From assembly GCA_951406725.2 (NCBI GenBank), contig OX597816.1:135222001-135286000 (forward strand): a stretch of DNA of 64,000 bases. Reading direction: 5' to 3'. The notes under the pieces are model-generated. The model made no database searches. It was not told the origin of the DNA and worked only from the letters and a program-made list of their open reading frames with translations. How positions within the stretch are numbered: position 1 is the stretch's first letter; each line of letters starts with the position of its first letter. Source of the stretch: Octopus vulgaris (lineage: Eukaryota). A program made the position numbers and the translations under genes. Positions 25,509 through 38,838 of this stretch are shown here, one piece after another.

Positions 25509-27903
25509 TTAAACAAGCTGTCTACTCCCTGAAGCATAGTAACAGATGGCAGATTATTCAGGACACTTGCACCTTTAACATAATATTGAAGCAGAACCAG
25601 CACAATACTTATGCTACAAGCTAGGCCTTTCTGAACCACTTTTACAGTCTGCAGTAATAAGTGAAGATTTATTTTAATTTGCTGGGCCTGGAAGAAGAGG
25701 CAGTGGCTATAGCTTTTGTAGGCCCTTCTTGACAAGTGAGATTTGTGATATTAATGTTTCTCTTGAACCCTTTGGAGTCAACTCCTGCAGGAAAGACTCC
25801 AAAGTTAGTTTCAGGAAGTAAATGTCTATGCTGAAAGTTAATGAAACATCAAGATTGAAATGCTTATATCAAGTGGCCCCAAACGTTTTAGACCATCAGC
25901 CCCTTCATGGAATCCTTGACCCATCATCGACCTCCAGGTATATACAAGAAATAATATTTAAGCAGATGTGCATTTATCGACCTCTTTGGAGACCCTTGGC
26001 TTATATGATTGGTATTTCACACCCAAAATTGCTTTGATTCATAAACTACCACTTTATAGTAAGGATACAGCAACTTTACTGATGATGCTTGATGAAACAA
26101 ACATGTCAGTAGTTGTTTCCCCCTACCTCTTGGGAAAAAAAATATTTGTTCACATTTTCAATGTGCCATGTGTTAAGTATTATGATACACACTTATATTA
26201 ATCCTTTTGCTTTCATGTGTGTTGTAAATGAATATCCAATTTTAAAGATTCTCTTAAAAACAAATCATAATCATCATTTACCATGTTTTCCATGCCAATA
26301 TAGGTTAGACAGTTTGGAACTGGTAAGTCAGAGAGCTGTACCAGGCTTCAGTCTGTTTAGGCTTGGTTTCTATGGCTGGATGCCTTTCCTAATGCCAACC
26401 ATTCCACAAGTGTACTAGATGTTTTATGTGTCAATTGAGAAAAATATTAAAATATACAACTTTTTTCTTAAAGATTAAAGTAATCTTAAGTAGCAGGGTA
26501 CTTAAAAAACCCCACTACCCTTTGACATAGGAAATCAAAACCATATTTATTGCAAATAAGTATATAAATGGTGCAACAGATAAAGAACTAGAATTTTAAA
26601 TTAGTATTCAGATAAATAACACTATTGGCAATAAAAAGTCTATTTGTTCTGACAAGGAAAATTTCTAAGTAAAATACTATGTGGAAGAGTGAGCATTGTA
26701 TCTATAACATTAATTTACAAGAATGTAGTTTGGGAAAGTGGCTAGGTGCCAGTAGCAGCTGACTAGTGCCCAGCCACACTGAACTAAAAGGTGATATGCA
26801 TTGGAGGTGCCAGCAGTAGGTTTATGTTAAATCTGATAATGTTGAGGACTCCTGCTGATATGGAAGAGAGAAAGTAAAAGTGATATTTTTAATAAAATAT
26901 CAGTAAAAACACATTCATGCTTATACATATTTTTTTTATATAAATAAAGAAATGAAAATAGTGCCATTATAAACAGTAAATTTTTAAATAAATTAAATGA
27001 CTGGAAGGTTAACAGACAGGACAACTGACTACAGAGTCAGAAGTTCAAATCTTTCCACTGTTATTGTTTTATAATTCTACTTGTTCCAGTTTGCCTAAAC
27101 TCCACTCTTCATGGTTGGCAGTAAGGAAACCCAGTTGTGTAAATAATTGCTCCAGCAAAACTACATCTATACAAACATCGGAACATGGACACAAAAGACA
27201 AAATGAAAAATTGCAATGATGGTCTTATCCAAATAAGACACCCATTCACAAGTGATGGGTGTCATAGTATTATAATTTTGGAGGATGCAGAGGCTGGCAT
27301 AGGACCATGGTGGACCAGGTTGGCTCTACACATGATGATGTCCCTGGGACCATTAACCTGAGTTGACCCCAGCCCCATCAAGCAAGCAAACATGTTTCCA
27401 GTATCAACTCCTTAAGAATGTAGCTGATGGGTGATTCAGATTCTCTGAAAAGTTGGTAAATTAAATAAAAACATTTTGCTAAGATTTAGTGTTTTTTTTT
27501 TTTTTATTCAATTCACAGACAACATATTGTTGCTATATGACTGCATCAGAGTAAAGAGACTAACACCCTAGTTTAGCAAGTGAGTCAAATTGTGTCAACA
27601 AACATTTTACCTGAAATAGAGAATGCTTAGTAAAACCAGATTTTTTATTTTCTTTATACATGTATATGAGATTTATGTCTTAAAGAATGAGATACATTAT
27701 ACAACTTAAATATTGTCCACTTCCATTGGAAAACACTGCTGACTGTAACTGTGAAGTTTGGAATAAATAAAACCATGCAAAGTTCTCCAAATCAATTTTA
27801 ACAGCAATGTTATTTAATTGCCGTTTCTCAAATTTCTTTCATGTTTAAAAATTTGCTAATTAAAGGACAGCAAGTTGATTCTAAATGGAGCTAAGTCCTT
27901 TTC

Positions 27904-28038
27904 TTAACCTCGACAGACTTCATGATAGGGCTCTCCTGTCCGGAAGTCTCGCCATGTGGGTGGAAGCCCGCTCTGTAAATAACGGTTGCATTTATGGCAA
28001 GAAGCAGAGAATAATGTACTATATTTTTGCAGCCAGGT
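27904..28038 (-). CDS. MED27: Mediator subunit 27, exon 8 (terminal)
   Basis: ttccag|ACC; TWLQKYSTLFSASCHKCNRYLQSGLPPTWRDFRTGEPYHEVCRG*, the MED27 C-terminal Zn-binding motif (GLPPTWRDFRT). Confidence 0.96.
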   Translation of the reverse strand, partial: TWLQKYSTLFSASCHKCNRYLQSGLPPTWRDFRTGEPYHEVCRG

Positions 28039-28849
28039 CTGGAAAAGATAAAGAATAAGAACAATAAGAATATTTAAAAACAGAATAGAAGGAATTGGGC
28101 ACACAACTTGGAAATCTGTAAAAGGAAGTTTACACAGCTTTATGTCACATAAAGGTAAGCTTTAAGTTTCATAATTAGAAATAAAAAAAAAATATTCTTT
28201 ACTAAATGTTGATAAGAATAATTTTGAGAGATGGGCACAGTAGTTGGCTAATAATTATTTTATTGCCTCCTAAAAACTGAAATATAAATTTAACTGTCAC
28301 TGAATTGTATTTATGATATAGGATGAAAGGCAAGTTGACGAGGCTTAATAGTTAACAAGTAAAAATGATCTATATTGTTAATACAACACAATTTGTCTGG
28401 CATACTACTGATTCTGCCTTTCATTGCCCTATTCTTGGATAAATATGTATTTTCTGAATTGAAATATTTCTTTTTATAGCCATTTTTGTAACAGAAATTA
28501 TCTACATTTCTAAGCATTAACAGAGACTCTTGTTACTGTCCAATGTTCATATTTCTGAATTAAGAGGGTTAACTGATTAAAACTTCAGTTTTTCAAAATT
28601 AAAACTAGACAATAAAAATAACCATAGCTGTTTGCTTGTAATAGGGAGTTGAGGAGAAACATTACATAGAGAAAAGTACAATGTCTACTCAATGAAATTA
28701 GAAAAATATTAAAAATGTATTTGGGAATGTACTTAACTACTATTAATCAGATACAATGAGGCTGTAAAAACCAATTACATAAAAAAACTTGTGTCTTTTG
28801 AACAACACAAATGAACAGCAGAAAGATTTAGCTACAATACATTACTTAC

Positions 28850-28927
28850 TAAGAATGACTTAACAGCAACATCTGGAATAACTGGAGAGTAGAAATGCAG
28901 CATGGCAGCACTTGCATGGTCTGTAAC
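28850..28927 (-). CDS. MED27: MED27 exon 7
   Basis: ctgcag|GTT...TTA|gtaagt; VTDHASAAMLHFYSPVIPDVAVKSFL. Confidence 0.93.
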
Positions 28928-29242
28928 CTGCAGAAATTAAATGTTTGTAGTTACATTAGATAAAGTTATAGCAAGTAAATCTTCAGAAACAATAAAACTA
29001 GTCTGAAGATAAAGTAAAAAATTGGGAAGACAATGTTAAAATAATTTAGTTTTGTAATTGCTAGAAAGTAATGGAGTCAAGTATAGATTATTTATTTTTT
29101 CTTAGACAAAATACTTTCTTTTTTCAATCAATGAACGTGATTAATGTTGGGTATGAAAGGTCTGGTAATCTGCTGTTTCTGCTAATTAACCAGCTTGACT
29201 TGTTAGACTGCTAACCAGAAAAATAAAATTATAGTAACTTGC

Positions 29243-29284
29243 CATTTGAAATACTTGATATTTTGACTTGGACCATACATTTAT
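29243..29284 (-). CDS. MED27: MED27 exon 6 (42 nt, GC donor)
   Basis: tttcag|ATA...ATG|gcaagt; INVWSKSKYQVFQM matches the conserved WSKS.YQVFQ. Confidence 0.88.
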
Positions 29285-29394
29285 CTGAAACAAAGAATAA
29301 GTATTAGTTAAATTAAGAGGAAATGCATCATTAATTTGTGAAAGTTCTCAACTGAGTAAATGGTAACTGTTGATTTTTGAAAGGGATCACTTAC

Positions 29395-29502
29395 TTTTCC
29401 ATCATCTGCAAAAAAGTCTTCTGTGAAACCTTTAACTCGAACCCATTCAATAATCAAACCCCTAAGAATGACCAGAACATTCATAGCACGGCCAACAGTC
29501 AC
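29395..29502 (-). CDS. MED27: MED27 exon 5
   Basis: ctgtag|GTG...AAA|gtaagt; VTVGRAMNVLVILRGLIIEWVRVKGFTEDFFADDGK. Confidence 0.93.
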
Positions 29503-30399
29503 CTACAGAAATGAAAAGACAGAGTGTGTTGAGTTCATTTTTCCTCTATAAAAATAATAAAAATGTTCAACAGGAAAAAGGCTGAAGAATTTGAGTGCTG
29601 ATTTTACTGGCTGTATTTCGTCAGTTCAAATCCTAACAAGTTATTGTATTCTTTATTTTGTTAACTCATTTAACTAGTAAACTTGTAGTTGTAAACCTAA
29701 GTTTCAATAACAGAGCTAGCAATAGAATCCCATTTATTTCTTTTTATTGTGAAAAATAAAGGTCTTAAGTAATAACAAATAATATAATAAATTGCATCTA
29801 TGAAATCAGTAAATCCCAGCTTATAGAGTAATGACCAATCTGTTCAATATCATCAATTGAAACATGAATAATAAATCAAAATATGTAATTTTAGAATTCA
29901 GAATGAAGAGAAAAAGTAACAAAGTGTCCAAGGAAACAATAACAGTGCCTTCAACAAAGACTGGGTTGTTTGCATATGGAAGCGTACATGATTACTGAGA
30001 TATTTTATAGTGTAGGCAGAACATTTGATGGCTACAGAGATACAGAGATTGTCTAATAAATCAACATTTTACACTTGCTAGTAATTGTACTAGTGTCTTT
30101 AATCTACTAAGATGATTTAGTGTAGGTAGTAGAGAAGTTCTGTTACTTAAGTGACTAATTAATGAAAATTTACCAACCGGACTATAGAATGACAAGAGAA
30201 AAGAAACTATTGTCTCTATTGATAAGCCTGTATATATGCTTGGCATTGAAAGCATGATATATGATGGTCCAATGAAACAGATAATAAATAGATTGCAGCA
30301 GCTGAGAGACATAGGTAGAGTATAATGTCAAATTTGCAACATGAATTTGACTCAGGATGATTGTAAATGACTGAGTTATGCTCGATTTGGATTTATATG

Positions 30400-31777
30400 A
30401 AATAAGTAGGAAGGTAGACAAATCACAAACGCCTTCAGGTAGATGGCCCTGCTCGATCTGTAGAAAAGGTGTAGGTAGAAACTCTATAAGATGCACCAAG
30501 TGTAAGCTATGGACACGAGGTGCAGCAATGTTAAAGGAAGGCTAACTAGGAAGATGGTTTTTGTATGTGGCAGATACTCGGGAGCATTAACCTCTGAAAA
30601 TCTGCAGAAAACAACTTCCGTTACTTTCCAGGGGGAAAAACTAGAAGTAGCTGATAGCTTCCGTTATCTTTGTGACCAAGTCAGTAGTGGGGGTGGGTGT
30701 GCTGAAAGTGTAACGGCTAGAGTAAGAATAGCCTGGGCAAAGTTTAGGGAGCTCTTACCTCTGCTGGTGACTAAAGGCCTCTGGCTCAGAGTAAAAGGCA
30801 GACTGTATGATGCATGTGTACGAACAGCCATGCTACATGGCAGTGAAACATGGGCCGTGACCGCTGAGGACATGCGTAAGCTCGCGAGAAATGAAGCCAG
30901 TATGCTCCGATGGATGTGTAATGTCAGTGTGCATGCTCGACAGAGCGTTAGTACCCTGAGAGAAATGTTGGACCTAAGGAGCATCAGTTGTGGTGTGCAA
31001 GAGAGACGATTGCGCTGGTATGGTCATGTGGCGAGAATGGATGAAGATAGTGTTTGAAAAAGTGCCAATCCCTAGCAGTGGAGGGAACCCGTGGAAGAGG
31101 TAGACCCAGGAAAACTTGGGACGAGGTGGTGAAGCACGACCTTCGAACTTTAGGTCTCACTGAGGAAATGACCAGGCAGGACAAGTGAGTCCAGCCCACT
31201 TATGCATGCCTTTCCTCCCTTGGACACACAAAGACTTGTTGAGGCAAGCGAAGTCGATATCGAACCTCATCCGACGACAGGCACCTATGCCAACTCCCCT
31301 TTGCTTGCGAAGACCTGTTGGGGCAAGTGAAATCGGAATCGAAATTGAACCAATCCTATGACTGGCACCCGGCAGATGCCAGGACCCCTGGACTGGAGAT
31401 ACGTAAAAAGCACTATCCGAATCGTGGCCGATGCCAGTGCCGCCTCGACTGGCTTCCGTGTCGGTGGCACGTAAAAAGCACCATCCGAATCGTGGCCGAA
31501 GCCAGTGCCGCCTCGACTGGCTTCCGTGCAGGTGGCACGTAAAATGCACCAATCCGACCGTGGCCGATGCCAGCCTCGCCTGGCACCAGTGCAGGTGGCA
31601 CGTAAAAAGCACCCACTACACTCACGGAGTGGTTGGCGTTAGGAAGGGCATCCAGCTGTAGAAACATTGCCAGATAAGACCGGAGCCTGGTGCAGCCTTC
31701 TGGCTTCCCAGATCCCCGGTCGAACCGTCCAACCCATGCTAGCATGGAGAATGGACGTTAAACGATGATGATGATGA
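30400..31777 (+). mobile_element. young 5'-truncated RTE LINE with long structured 3' UTR and (GAT)n tail
   Basis: ORF2 C-terminus AWAKFRELLPLL...LYDACVRTAMLHGSETWA...RRLRWYGHVARM...RGRGRPRKTW; ends gttaaacgatgatgatgatga; CpGs retained. Confidence 0.93.
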
Positions 31778-32502
31778 AGAAACTAGAAGGAAGTATAACA
31801 TATAATAAGGGATAATAATGAGTCTCTCAAGTAGACTTAAAATAAGGTATTTAAATTGAACTACAGAAGTACTGTTATAAAGTTGTATGAGTCAATGATG
31901 GTAATAACACATAGACATATGCACACCATTGAGCCAGTGATGATCTGTTGGGGAGTTGCTGGGAGAGGAGAATGATGTATTGTTCTTAGTCATCAGGAAC
32001 CATCAGTAGTTACTTGTACCCCTGTGGCCAACTCATCATGAGTAGCATGGAATGCAAGCAAGGAGTTGTGTTGATGTTGCTAGTACAACAAAGTCATGCA
32101 GATAGATGAAGGTAACAGCACATGGAGACAATGGCAGCAATCTGTTAGGAGGGAAGAGTGATGCTCTTATAGATAAACTAACATATAGTTCTACAGTACA
32201 TTGCCTATCCATCTCACATGTTTCACAATAAACATAATAGGTGCTTAAAAGGCTTAACTGGTGACATATTAGAGAATTTAGAGAGAAAAGCTAAATAAAT
32301 AAATAAAAACATTAAAAAATTATTCTAAAAATTTAAAGGAATGTATCAGTGGAAAAAAGAAAAATGAATATGACTGCATTGCAAAAGATAATTATTTGAT
32401 ATGATTGAAGAAATGACAAATAATCTCTCTGAAAGATAAAACAAAAGAAAGAAAAATTATACAGAACAACTGATTACAATTGTAATAATTGATAACACTT
32501 AC

Positions 32503-32596
32503 CTGAACCACTCCACAGTTGCCTAAAGGACGTAGAATAGAAAAAGACATATCTGGAAAAGATCGATCCCAGTTTGTTAAACAGACATCAAGAGCA
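32503..32596 (-). CDS. MED27: MED27 exon 4
   Basis: ttccag|T...CAG|gtaagt; ALDVCLTNWDRSFPDMSFSILRPLGNCGVVQ. Confidence 0.92.
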
Positions 32597-33246
32597 CTGG
32601 AAAAGAGAGAAGACATGACTAGTAACTCTGACTTGAGAACAGAGATATAAAACAACTACATAATTATTTGCTTTACTTTAAAAAATTATACTTATCTATT
32701 ATTTCAAAATCTGAGTCAAATGTGGTTAAATATGACTGGCTGTGAAGTTACAGTTACCATATATATTTCTTGGAAATATTTACAAATATGTACAACAAAT
32801 CCTCTGAATTTTATTCAAATAAAGTAAGTATGTATGCATGCATCTGTCTATATATATATATATATATATAAAACAAGTTAAAAATAATGGTCATTACATA
32901 TTTTTCATTTATTGGAGCAAATTTGCTTTACAGCTGTTTCCAATGCTGTTATAGGTATTGATAATCCCTCACTATTAGCTATATATATATGTATATGGGA
33001 TGATACACATCATCATTATTTAACATCCACTTTTCCATGCTTGTACGGGTTGGACAGAATTTAGTGAGTGGAAATTCTACAGCTGGCTGCTCTTCTTGTT
33101 GCCAACCCTCACCAGTTTCCAAGTAGAGTAAGATTCCCCAAGACCAAACATATTTACACAGAAGATTGGAAATGATAGATCTGGATCCTCTATTTGATTA
33201 AAGGTTTCATGACAATGTCTTCAATAATTACATATCACTGTGAACA

Positions 33247-33279
<33 letters not shown>

Positions 33280-33430
33280 CCAATCTTCAAGTTGTCATTA
33301 GCAATTGGAATTATATCAACTTTTGTGTAGCATCTTCAGTTTTGGAAAATGATTATATTACTACAACTAAAACTATTTAGTTATAATATACTGAAACATA
33401 TATTCCATGATATAAAAAAAATCCACTTAC

Positions 33431-33558
33431 TTTGTTGAAACAGAATGACTAATTGGAGACTGACGGCGCAATCGTTTAGAGCTAGCACTAGCATACACTG
33501 ATCGGTGAAGTGGGCTTTGATTCAAGATGGAGAAAGCTTGGTTGGAGAGCTCAAGAGT
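33431..33558 (-). CDS. MED27: MED27 exon 3
   Basis: cttcag|ACT...AA|gtaagt; TLELSNQAFSILNQSPLHRSVYASASSKRLRRQSP; phases 0-2. Confidence 0.9.
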
Positions 33559-34563
33559 CTGAAGATGAAAAACAAATCTTTTTAACATTTAATATCTGAG
33601 GATATCATCATATATTAGCCATTTATAGCAGATGTTTCTTTTACTTTTTATTCCTTCAATTGTTCTTTAATTTTGTAAACACTAAAATGAATAAAGAGTA
33701 TTAGAGTCAAATGTTTCTTGACAGGAGACTTGCGTGTCAATTTATTTACTTAATGGAGAATAAGTAGATACCAGACTTATTGTCTATAACCAGATTATGT
33801 TGTGCAAATTTATTGTCATAGACTGCTAAACTATCAAAGCATTCAACAAGTAAACGTTGATAATATATGAAATATCATCTGATTGTCTAATTATTATTAT
33901 TATTATAACTAAAAGAAAGACTTCCCTCCAGATGGTTTTCTGCTAGCCACTCGATATTTCCACATTTGATTCCAAATTCTAATAATTTTCATGATATTTT
34001 AAGTCTAATTATTTTCTTGTAGTATAGTGCTCACTTGCTTAGTAAATATTGCTTTCATTATTTTATCAGTCATAATCTCTCTTTTCTAAACAAACATCAA
34101 GGTAGTCCAACTACATTTAATGTGCCAAAAAATAGCAGCGAGCACATAGAGATATTTTAATACCTATAGTGCATTAAATAGCCATAGCAACAAATTCATT
34201 TGCTAATTCTTAAAGACGGAAAGGAAATAAGTCACATGAGTTCGAAGCTTCAGTAAGTTTTAATAAGTTGTCCTATATAATTTATTTTCAGTATGTATAA
34301 ACAATAAACTTTTATATTCATCTTCACTGCCTGAGATTAAGATTACTCACATGTAAGCAAAAAAACTTTGTAACAATTATTTTGGTGATTGCCAGTCAAT
34401 CTTGATCAACCTTATTTTAATATTTTTGAAAAGTTTTGTATGATAATGGATCTTCGAAAAATTTTGCATGTTAAAGATAGAGCTTAATGCAATATAGCTA
34501 TGCTGGAGCATTGTTGATTACATCTTTTTTACAAAATTTAAAATAAAAAGAGAATCATCTGAC

Positions 34564-34699
34564 CTTGGTTATCCATTTATGAGTATATAACAGCTGTGAA
34601 TATAGAGGAGTTTTATCAATACCAGGGTCAAGGCTTAAGTTAAAACTGTTGGTCACACGATCAATGGGGTTCAGACTATTGCCAACTTTTTCTAAAGCA
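34564..34699 (-). CDS. MED27: MED27 exon 2
   Basis: tttcag|T...AAG|gtcaga; LSLDPGIDKTPLYSQLLYTHKW matches the conserved LDP..DKTPLYSQLL..KW. Confidence 0.93.
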
Positions 34700-35746
34700 C
34701 TGAAATTTGAAAGGAAAACAAAGAATATTTTAAAATCATAATCTGTGTATCATATTTAAAGTCGATATATTGTTGAAAGTCTGCTAAACTACAGTATTTG
34801 TCTGTAGTATCTGCTAAACTACAGTATTTGTCTGATACATATGTTATCAAAAAATATATATCAATAACAGATAAACAAAAATTGTATTGTAGGAGCAGTG
34901 GAATTGCTAGATACATACTTCTGCTTCTTTGAGCTTTGTCAGAAGAAAGTATGCAAGCAAATGTCAGCTCTAACTGATAATGTTAAACTGATTGAAATGT
35001 TAAAATATGAATATGTTGAAATTGTGAAAATTTTTCAAAGAATCAGAGAGCCTGTCAGAAATAGCCAAATCTGCTTCAAATTACATGCCACCATCTTAAA
35101 GAGGGACACATGATAATGTATTCCAAGATACTTATAAAAAAGATGGGTTGGTCATGGTTGAAATAGATTGGTCTACTCAATCAAGAATGACATAGAACTA
35201 ATTAAAGCAATTCATTGAATGCTTACGACAGAAATAAGCACAAAATGTTTGTATCTCCTCAGAGACAACTCATTCATTTCTTTGTGCTTTCTTTGGGATG
35301 AAGAGGGCCAGCAGGCCCTGATTTCTTTTTCACTTGATTTGCTGTTGGCGTTGAATCCCTAAATCATCACCTCTTTGTATGCATTTAAAGATAGTAAGTT
35401 AGTGTTTTATGCTTAAAGTTGTCCTTTTAATCAGCCTTTCAAGACTGACAAGACCAGATTGCTCACACAGTTATACTGTTGATAGAGTTAAGGACACGTA
35501 GTTTCCACTTCTAATGGCTGGCTTTAACAGAAGCTAAAGAGTGCCTCAATTTACAAAATGAGTAACAACTTGTTAATTGTTATTTACATGTGGGTCAGTC
35601 CACATCGAGCAGGTCTATGATTAAAAGCATCCCATCTACTTTCATTTTCAGGTATAATGTATCTAGGATTACATATTTGATGCTCTCTCTCTTTTTTTTT
35701 TTAAAACATATATTAGGGTGTAATTCAGCTGGCTTGACAAATATTA

Positions 35747-36388
35747 CAGTTGAAAATCTTTTATCTGAAATTCCCAAATCCAAAAGTCTTTTTGAATGTA
35801 GATATGATAAGTCATAAATGGAAAATTCCACAAAATGCTGGAACATGAAATAATTGTAATGTCTGTCATTGCATTTACAATTTTATAAGCAGTGATCATG
35901 GTTTTTTTCTTCTTTTTTTTGTACATTAAGCACAAAACGTTACTTTTATGTGAGATTTGAATTTCACTTCCATGTAAGAGTGTGACACGATTAACATCAT
36001 TACACATTACTTCAAAAATAAAAATGCTTTTTACAGGTTTCATTTTATTTACCTGTAATTATGTTCAATGCTTTGCTTTTATATCTTACATGAAACCTAA
36101 TACCCGTATAGTACAAAATACAATACAAATAAAATACAAACCAAAATATGACATAGGTAGAAACTGATATCTTAACATTCTGATGGTATTATGCATAAAA
36201 AAATTATCAAGAATTTATATAAAATTACATTTAGGGTATATTTTGAAATGTAAACGGATATTGTTTAGACTTGGATTCCACCCCGAAGCTGTCCCATTTC
36301 ATCCATTTTATAGATGCAAACATAAAAATACTCCAAAAGTTGCAACACTTTTAGTTCAACAGATTTTACATAAGGGACTCTTAACCTG
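35747..36388. mobile_element. Tigger/pogo-type non-autonomous DNA transposon
   Basis: TA-flanked degenerate TIRs cagttgaaaatcttttatctgaaa / gattttacataagggactcttaacctg, resembling Tigger4/MER46-type ends. Confidence 0.55.
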
Positions 36389-36549
36389 TATAACTCTGAC
36401 TGAATTCTCCAGATTTCGTCAATTTTTCAAATTAAAAAGTGAACTTCAAAAAATATTTAAAATGAAGGAAAAATAGCAGGCATGAAACTATGTCCAATAC
36501 TTTTCATGATCAGAATAGAATTAAAGATAATGATTTTTAATTTCAACAC

Positions 36550-37430
36550 AAGAGAATAAGAATAGCCCGGGCAAAGTTCAGAGAGCTCCTACCTCTGCTG
36601 GTAACAAAAGGCCTTTTGCTCAGAGTGAAAGGTAGACTGTATGATGCCTGTGTGCGAACAGCCATGCTATATGGCAGTGAAACATGGGCTGTGATTGCTG
36701 AGGACATGCGTAGGCTTGGAAAGGAATGAAGCTAGTATATGCTCTGCTGGATGTGTAATGTCAGTGTGTATACATGACAGAGTGTAAGTGCCCTGAGAGA
36801 AAAGTTGGGCATAAGCAGCATCAGATGTGGTGTACAAGAGAGACAACTGTGCTGGTATGGTCATGTGTTGCATATGGATGAGGACACCTGTGTGAAGAAG
36901 TGTCACACCTTAACAATGGAGGAGAACCTGAGGAAAAGGTGAGGTAGTGAAGTGCAACCTTTGAATGTTGGGCCTCACAGAGGCAATGACAAGCGACTGA
37001 GACCTTTGGAGATATGTTTTGCTTGAGAAAACCCAGCAAGCCAAGTGAGATTGTAGCTGAGGATGATGCCAGTGTTGCATAACTGGTCCATTTAAAAGTA
37101 CTCCTTCAATCGTTGGTCAACATGCTGTGCTTGAGAAGACTTATTGAACCAAGTGAAATCGTAGTCATGACCAATGCCAGTGCTGCTTGACTGGCACCCA
37201 TGCTGGTGACATGTAAAAAGCACCATTCAAGTGTGGTCAATGCCAGTGCTGCCTGTGCTGGTGGCATGTACACTCTTGGAGTGGTTGGCATTAGAAAGGG
37301 CATCCAGCCGTAGAAATCTTGCCAGATCAGATTGGAGCCTGGTACAGCCTCCCAGCTTGCTAGTCCTCAGTCAAACCATCCAACCCATGCGAGCATGGAA
37401 AGCGAACCTTAAACGATGATGATGATGATG
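36550..37430 (+). mobile_element. older RTE LINE 3' end, same family as 30400-31777
   Basis: Colinear with the 30400 copy, with frameshifts and CpG decay; (GAT)n tail. Short reverse 3'-UTR fragments at ~10195-10395, 13950-14220, 26270-26430, 33010-33175. Confidence 0.88.
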
Positions 37431-38838
37431 ACCAGCAAGTCTGAGGAGTGGGGTTAGTTGATTACATTGACTCCAGTACTTAATTGGTACTTTATCAATC
37501 CCAAGAACTGAACAGCAAAGTTGACTTCAACAGGATTTGAGCTCAGAACATAAAGTACCAGAACAAATTGTACAGGGCGTTTTTTTTTTTTTTTCTTCAA
37601 TGCTCTAACAATTCTGCCAGCTAGCCATTTTGAGTAATTCTACAATAATAAAACAAAAACCATCTTTGCTACTGTACATAAGGAATTAGTCTATTGCTTG
37701 CTACTTGCCTGGTGACAAGCCAAGAGAAGGCATCTATATGGGATCACTTGATATGCTAGAAACAACAGCCAGATCTCCCTCAAACTTCACCATACCGTCT
37801 TAGAAAAGGAAATGATATATTTGATAGTGTATCCTGCCTTTAATGCTTTAAAGAGGAGTTGGGGTGATCATGGTTGGAATATTTCGAGTATGGGTCTACT
37901 GACCTGGGTTAAACAACAGCAAAATACGTTATGTCAACAAAGGAGCCTCTAAGTGATAGCTCGATCTACTAGAAAAAGCAACGAAATCTTTAAATTATTC
38001 TACTGTCTTGAGAAAGAAAAGCACTACATACATACTTTGGTGGGATTCTGGCTTAAGCACCCCATATAACTCCTAATAACTTATTTATTGGAATTATCAG
38101 AATTTTTTTTTTGCAAATTTGTATTCTACAAACGGGAATTCAAATAGGCTATGAAAAAATTTTAGTATTTTTTTTTTTTTCAATCACAGTTTAAAATTAT
38201 GGACAGTCCAAATTTTTGGCTTATATCCCAGCAATAAAACAATGTGTTTATAAGGAGACAGATGCTGACAAACGAGGAGGGTATGAGGTAGTCGAGAGAC
38301 GTGCTAAAAATAACAGCTAAATAGACCTTAAATCACGCACCAAAATATTTGGGGGGTGGGGTTCACAATCGTATGAATTCTTGAGTGTGTCCCATACCTT
38401 TTACAGACAGAAGGGGCGATAGAATCCAGAATGATTTTGATCAAAAGTTCACCAATTTATTGAGTGAAATTGAATTATTCAGATAAATATCAGTCTGGAA
38501 ATAATTTCAGCAAAGGCTTTCTCGTTCCCATTAGACTGAGTAACCAACAACAAAAGTAGAATTATTCTATTCTGTGTAAAACAATTTTGTATAGTTTCAT
38601 ATAGTATTAAAATGTCTATATCAAAGTAATACCTTTTAAAACCTTACAGGTTTGCTATTTCAAAATCATTTAGATTTTTCATGAAATAACGTAAGTCCAA
38701 AGAAAAATTTTGTTTGAAACAGATTAGAAAGTCTTAGTTAATACAGCAACAAGAAATATTTTGAAACAAAAGAATGACATTAGACGAATAAAACAATATA
38801 AACCACATGTTAAAAAATAACAAAAACAAACCACATAC

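Noticed and set aside
31402-31615. CRISPR-like array
   Set aside because: Units are full tandem copies with no unique spacers, in a eukaryotic LINE 3' UTR with no cas genes.
34781-34834. 24-bp direct duplication (also short ones at ~7072/7240, 44379, 48123, 57610)
   Set aside because: Ordinary local slippage duplications with no further structure.
35259-35370. Possible intronic C/D snoRNA in MED27 intron 1 (minus strand GTGATGA...CTGA, 112 nt)
   Set aside because: No terminal stem, no clear C'/D' boxes and no rRNA/snRNA-complementary guide that I can recognise; such box pairs arise by chance.
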